Source: Macrostomum lignano
Lineage: Eukaryota
DNA: 64,000 nucleotides
Direction of reading: 5' to 3'
Assembly (NCBI GenBank): GCA_002269645.1
Contig: NIVC01001116.1
Span: 35,222-99,221 of the forward strand
A program made the translations under genes and the position numbers. Under the pieces are notes generated by a model. The model was not told where the DNA came from and ran no database searches. It worked only from the letters and a program-made list of their open reading frames with translations. Positions within the stretch are counted from its first letter, which is position 1; every line of letters begins with the position of its first letter. Of the stretch, positions 62,501 to 64,000 are shown one piece after another.

Positions 62501-64000
62501 CCGTAGTATCGCGATCAGTAACTTTCCTGTCCTTCAGGAAGTTTAGGCGCCTGGTAACAGTTGATCTGGTCCGTTATCTCCTTTGTCCTCTTGACTTCTT
62601 GCCGGCCGGTATCTGTAGTTCGGACCAATCGGAAGCTTCCAAATTAACAATGGGACCCTGCGCCAAACTGCGGTTTAATATAAGCCTACTCCTTCTAGTA
62701 GTGCCTCTATGCACTCTAGGTATGGCTCCGGAAACCACTGATAGTCTTCTAAGATCTATCAGGGGCAGTCCTTCTGGAGACTGCAACCAGTGGAGTCTAA
62801 ACAGACTCAAGAGTCTCAGCAGACTCAAATAAACTCAAGTCTCAATAGACTTGAGCGAGACGTCTCAACCAACGGGCGCAAATGAGTAAGGCTTACCGCA
62901 AGAACTCGTCCACGACGCGAGTTTCTTCAGGAAGGCTTCACTAGAGCTTCCTCTTCGGAGCTTCTCTCCTTGGAGATTTTTGGCTCCGGGTCCGTTCCGG
63001 ACCACTTGTATTTATAGGCGTTCAGACCTCTCTCGAGGTCGTACATCACTGTCTTCGCAAATGTCAAAGGGTCACGATTCGGTGGCTGTCAAGCATGACA
63101 GGGTAGAAAGTTGCGCAACTAGTCTACTGTAAAAGCGCATGATTGGTTACCGTAGCTGGTAGACTTTGATTGGTTCATCCGGGTGCAACCCGAGTGCAAA
63201 CAAAATGATGACTTGAAGGTGGGGTTTGAATTGACAGTTGTTGGTCGCACGTGATTGGGTGATTTCTAAAATTAGCATGCTCGAGGTTCTCTCTTCCTAT
63301 TGGTTAGTCCGAATATACTTATAGTTCAAAGCATACCTTTATTCATGCTCTTCAATTTACTACTAAATAAAATGTGTGAGTAGTACATTAACACTTTTAT
63401 GTCTTCTTACGGGAGGTAGAACACTCTACACTCAGTTGCTGGGCCAGCCTCGCAGATCCTCAGTTGCTGGGCCAGCCTCCCAGATCTCAGTTGCTGGGCC
63501 AGCCCCAGATCCCCAGTTGCTGGGCCAGCCTCCCAGATCCTCAGTTGCTGGGTCACCAGCCTCCCAGATCTCCAGTTGCTGGGCCACCTTTTCAAAATTC
63601 TCGGGCTCTGCACTAACCGTACAACTTCGCCTCGTAGGTCCAGTTAGCATTGGCAACCCAACGCGTTTTGACGTCATTAAACTCGGCGATGGGATCCGGA
63701 ATTATTCCAGCCTGTCGTAAGTCGCTGTAAACATCTCCAGGCACCGAGCCAGGCACTGAGATCGCACCTACAAAGTTGTTAAGTTTGGTGTCATTTATTT
63801 TGTAGAATATCAATCAACTGGGACAGTAAATGCTTCATTTATTGCTCACCATCTGAACGGCGCAGAGCCCATTGAACATTTGGCGTATTTAGTGAGATTT
63901 TTGTCGTAATGGCGAATTATAAAATAACGTTTCGCTTTGCACTACTAGTCTGCCGTTAAACAGTAGAACTGTGAAGACACTATTAAGAAAAATTGTCCAA
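38559..64000 (-). CDS. MANBA: Beta-mannosidase (GH2 family)
   Basis: Exons: 63850-end (signal peptide; apparent 1-bp loss at 63898-63902), 63618-63767, 45142-45296, 44688-44899, 43871-44165, 42978-43322, 42127-42538, 41432-41742, 40525-40974, 39837-40046, 38559-38798 (a GTAAGT near its end may splice to a tiny terminal exon). Motifs FSWDWGP, LWWPNGYG, MLRVWGGG, IWQDF, VWVGNNENE, SEFGFQS, YWQLNDVW. Confidence 0.95.
38846..39705. repeat. 34-bp tandem repeat in a MANBA intron
   Basis: Unit TCAGTGAGCATCCTTATCCCTCAGTGCCGATCCT, highly homogeneous. Confidence 0.96.
45378..45985. repeat. 28-bp tandem repeat (GTTGCTGGGCCAGCCTCCCAGATCCTCA), array 1
   Basis: Same unit recurs at 52285-52731 and 63431-63590. 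Confidence 0.93.
46897..51982 (+). CDS. Two-domain Ly6/uPAR (three-finger)-like secreted protein with GPI signal, 175 aa, nested antisense in MANBA intron 2
   Basis: Exons 46897-46942, 49170-49288, 50860-51060, 51821-51982 are in phase. MKYLIVSVAILAAFISNAAASITCY...FAGCGTC...CKACTASYCN...LNCYY...CESSYCY...FAGCGEC...CRACNSGDYCNSAA followed by a hydrophobic tail. Absent from the ORF track. Confidence 0.85.
46970..49103. repeat. 22-bp minisatellite (CACCTGTTAGACACAGAGGAGW) in intron 1 of the Ly6-like gene
   Basis: Direct tandem copies. Confidence 0.97.
49320..50730. repeat. 20-22-bp C-rich minisatellite (CCGACACCCACTGACTCYYT) in intron 2 of the Ly6-like gene
   Basis: Direct tandem copies with alternating variants. 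Confidence 0.96.
51140..51785. repeat. 21-bp minisatellite (CAACCTGTTAGACAGTGACGT) in intron 3 of the Ly6-like gene
   Basis: Direct tandem copies. Confidence 0.96.
52285..52731. repeat. 28-bp tandem repeat, array 2 left part (continues at 63431-63590 beyond the LTR element)
   Basis: Same unit as 45378-45985; interrupted at CTCA. Confidence 0.92.
52732..53805 (-). repeat. 3' LTR (1074 bp)
   Basis: Direct repeat of 62360-63430; preceded on the minus strand by purine-rich AAACATGGGAGA (PPT-like). Confidence 0.95.
54025..54237 (-). CDS. 70-aa C3HC4 RING protein with N-myristoylation signal
   Basis: ATG in strong context (ACAATGG); MGNALSK; C18-x2-C21-x12-C34-x3-H38-x2-C41-x2-C44-x22-C67-x2-C70. 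Confidence 0.8.
   Translation of the reverse strand: MGNALSKQAPQLQQLYECPICLTDDLAVKPPIICENRHRICGQCLSDSHYIQLWQNYPIGRSSLRQCAYC
54349..58110 (-). CDS. pol: pol: protease-RT-RNase H-integrase, uninterrupted
   Basis: LLDSGS; PMGLSNSPATM and YVDD; ETDASGTG and TDHAPL; LHDNPLAGH...CNNC; IDITG, SDNGSQF, VERFHR; KYKGPY. Confidence 0.96.
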   Translation of the reverse strand, partial: SKAKKTVNAIMQRTTTEGDNSLELTETAHREVQGQPTLATRLYPSIPTTPTAPRIQPPNYQAEQQDPKWPENYVCTLHAEIGKAMAQVVINNLPCRALLDSGSSITVISKQLCNKLRLALRPATIAVAGAGGHSLNILGKADIDLRIANKHLTVPTYVIDRLPNQDVIVGIDTFKQLRLPLTFDFNKQTFKIDSVEQPLINQIRVLPKVTLQQDVIIQPESACWIKAKATNATEEAMIFDPNRRVTAKHQIMMPTALVLVAKDKQLPVQIFNPNTETVHLRQGMCIGHLNTQASVMLIEQATPRLTEEEFQKKINLDDSPITEQQKRKVRQLLWKYNDAFCHHDYDIGRAKDIKQEIKLLPHTEPIQCKPYPIAKHLQQHFDEIIDKMLKHGIISKAISAYSSPCLLVQKKETNERRLVCDFRLLNKYIPTDQQSLPKISELLAKLNTAKLFTVFDLRHGFWQIEIEKESRQYTAFKTYNGQVYEYNRSPMGLSNSPATMSRLTAYMLAGCTNLLHYVDDILAYGEDFERLYEATEKALALIQRQGLKLQPTKCKFFRDNVRYLGHQVTAKGISPDPDNVDKVKKFPTPTSKTKVQSFLGLAQYFRKFLPNFAKTAKPLYDLLKFDKWKQENWTQKQQESFDEIKRQLTSDALLQHPDFDKPFIIETDASGTGLGAVLLQETEDKKERPIAYVSRALKPNETKWSATERELLGVLFALRQFHYYIYGSPLQTIVRTDHAPLTYVVTTKGQTNNRLIRMTLKIQDYNYKLVYKPGITNKAADALSRAYEVNAIHPIPNIKELVDETEHDNFYIAVKNNDKDIKLSPVERKFLRKQRQHLTINKSRLYWMSDNKPKIYMPYSFRQAILNELHDNPLAGHLSAAKTVARVEQYYFWPSMHGDIKQYCNNCHSCAASKTGRRQKPQLQSIPKSTTMDCLSIDITGPLPPSCLHGIAYTYILTALDIFSKFAIAIPIPDITAQTVAMGFFNDIICKYGTPKNLTSDNGSQFTSQLFQQVVKILNITQIYTSTYNPKANMVERFHRNLHEMITHFAHQQPDDWIIYLQAVTMAYNSAIHRSTDNTPFFLMFGRDFQPPNLLAQQLLPSQYVEVPTSIQKFVTQLHLAWKVAKHNIDNQVALTTGTDTRSTTLTAGDIVYLHYPPQQTHKHAQKYKGPYRVVQLTSPTTARLANVQDPHQHQFYVHIHRLKKINTDTTTFLPSLGNADRTRSANRHIATKHEETQTSTENQHHGYNLRPR
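58089..60000 (-). CDS. env: Envelope glycoprotein, class III (herpes gB / chuvirus G-like)
   Basis: Hydrophobic signal WRFWIFWIIIILLTAVVTKATA, Cys-rich ectodomain with NxS/T sites, furin-like RRRR at 58992-59003, gB-like NPTMTF...LLIYKCTPI and CYDKP segments, C-terminal TM FIFYGACIVWIVTAIFIISSIV. Confidence 0.8.
60001..60670 (-). CDS. Acidic linker between the Gag nucleocapsid region and the Env signal (frameshifted in this assembly)
   Basis: Parts of track ORFs 60292-60852 and 59918-60421; D/E-rich. Confidence 0.6.
60582..61664 (-). CDS. gag: gag (capsid + CCHC nucleocapsid)
   Basis: FNTFVDHFDLVC...LLQGTAREIY, RRMQPTESFLTFVDDIR, zinc knuckle CYYCGREGHYQIHC. Confidence 0.92.
   Translation of the reverse strand: MARRNPTVHRDIKETVGTFSMEKDFNTFVDHFDLVCREYNLQNPEKAQLLPPLLQGTAREIYGKLDAATQQNYPALIIQLRAHFNRCGTNRSVLLHKLHNRRMQPTESFLTFVDDIRQIIKALHQPTLPAADQPPLGAAELAARERQRLMDREQNLILHVINNAQPSLRDRLLRENIETEEDLLRCGMQWEASAPLMTTGNTEVQKLTQQLNKLMQHQTAVIAEQKRRNERAQARCYYCGREGHYQIHCPHRSTRNDMQRQPFNRRKPQKPWQQHQNWQQQNTKRFGNNGYRPRNARYMPKQPTQAMQRYANAITYTPESEQQEQQVFTIDDLKWTSLSMKSTGSMRRAAKRQKTSAWSK
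62344..62357 (-). promoter_or_regulatory. Primer-binding site (tRNA-Val-like, inferred)
   Basis: TGGTGATCTCGCCC two bases after the 5' LTR end. Confidence 0.65.
62360..63430 (-). repeat. 5' LTR (1071 bp)
   Basis: Direct repeat of 52732-53805. Confidence 0.95.
63009..63303 (-). promoter_or_regulatory. LTR U3 promoter: TATA box with four upstream CCAAT boxes
   Basis: TATAAATA at 63009-63016 (minus strand); CCAAT near 63142, 63169, 63254 and 63299. Confidence 0.6.

Larger units (their letters stand above)
52732..63430 (-). mobile_element. Young Ty3/gypsy LTR retroelement with gag-env-pol order and a 3' RING ORF
   Basis: LTRs 62360-63430 (5') and 52732-53805 (3'), TG...CA, nearly identical; 4-bp TSD CTCA; PBS; PR-RT-RH-IN order. 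Confidence 0.96.

Noticed and set aside
53016-62828. Duplicated short ORFs MSLLRLLSL... at 53016-53201 and 62574-62828
   Set aside because: They lie inside the two LTRs, differ by frameshift, and show no domain signal.

Overview
Eukaryotic (invertebrate animal) genomic DNA. The intron-filling minisatellites and gene style resemble a free-living flatworm such as Macrostomum; that is an inference only. Five spliced host genes were reconstructed by hand: a C2+DSL Notch-ligand-like gene (-, partial), SNX27 (-), an ARM-TIR-SAM-like gene (+), beta-mannosidase MANBA (-), and a two-domain GPI-anchored Ly6/uPAR-like gene nested antisense in a MANBA intron. Most introns carry their own tandem repeat. 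15.8-30.8 kb is a nested transposon stack resolved by TSDs: old gypsy relic > hAT MITE > full gypsy element plus a sister solo LTR > second hAT MITE. The standout is a young 10.7-kb Ty3/gypsy element (52732-63430, -) in a MANBA intron with the order gag - acidic linker - internal signal/TM - gB-like class III fusogen - TM - tail with three ESCRT late-domain motifs - PR-RT-RH-IN, followed by a small myristoylation-signal C3HC4 RING ORF. All four breaks between its coding blocks are -1 shifts at or next to short homopolymers, so it may encode one Gag-Env-Pol polyprotein of about 2,440 codons. No database searches were run; family calls rest on motif recognition.
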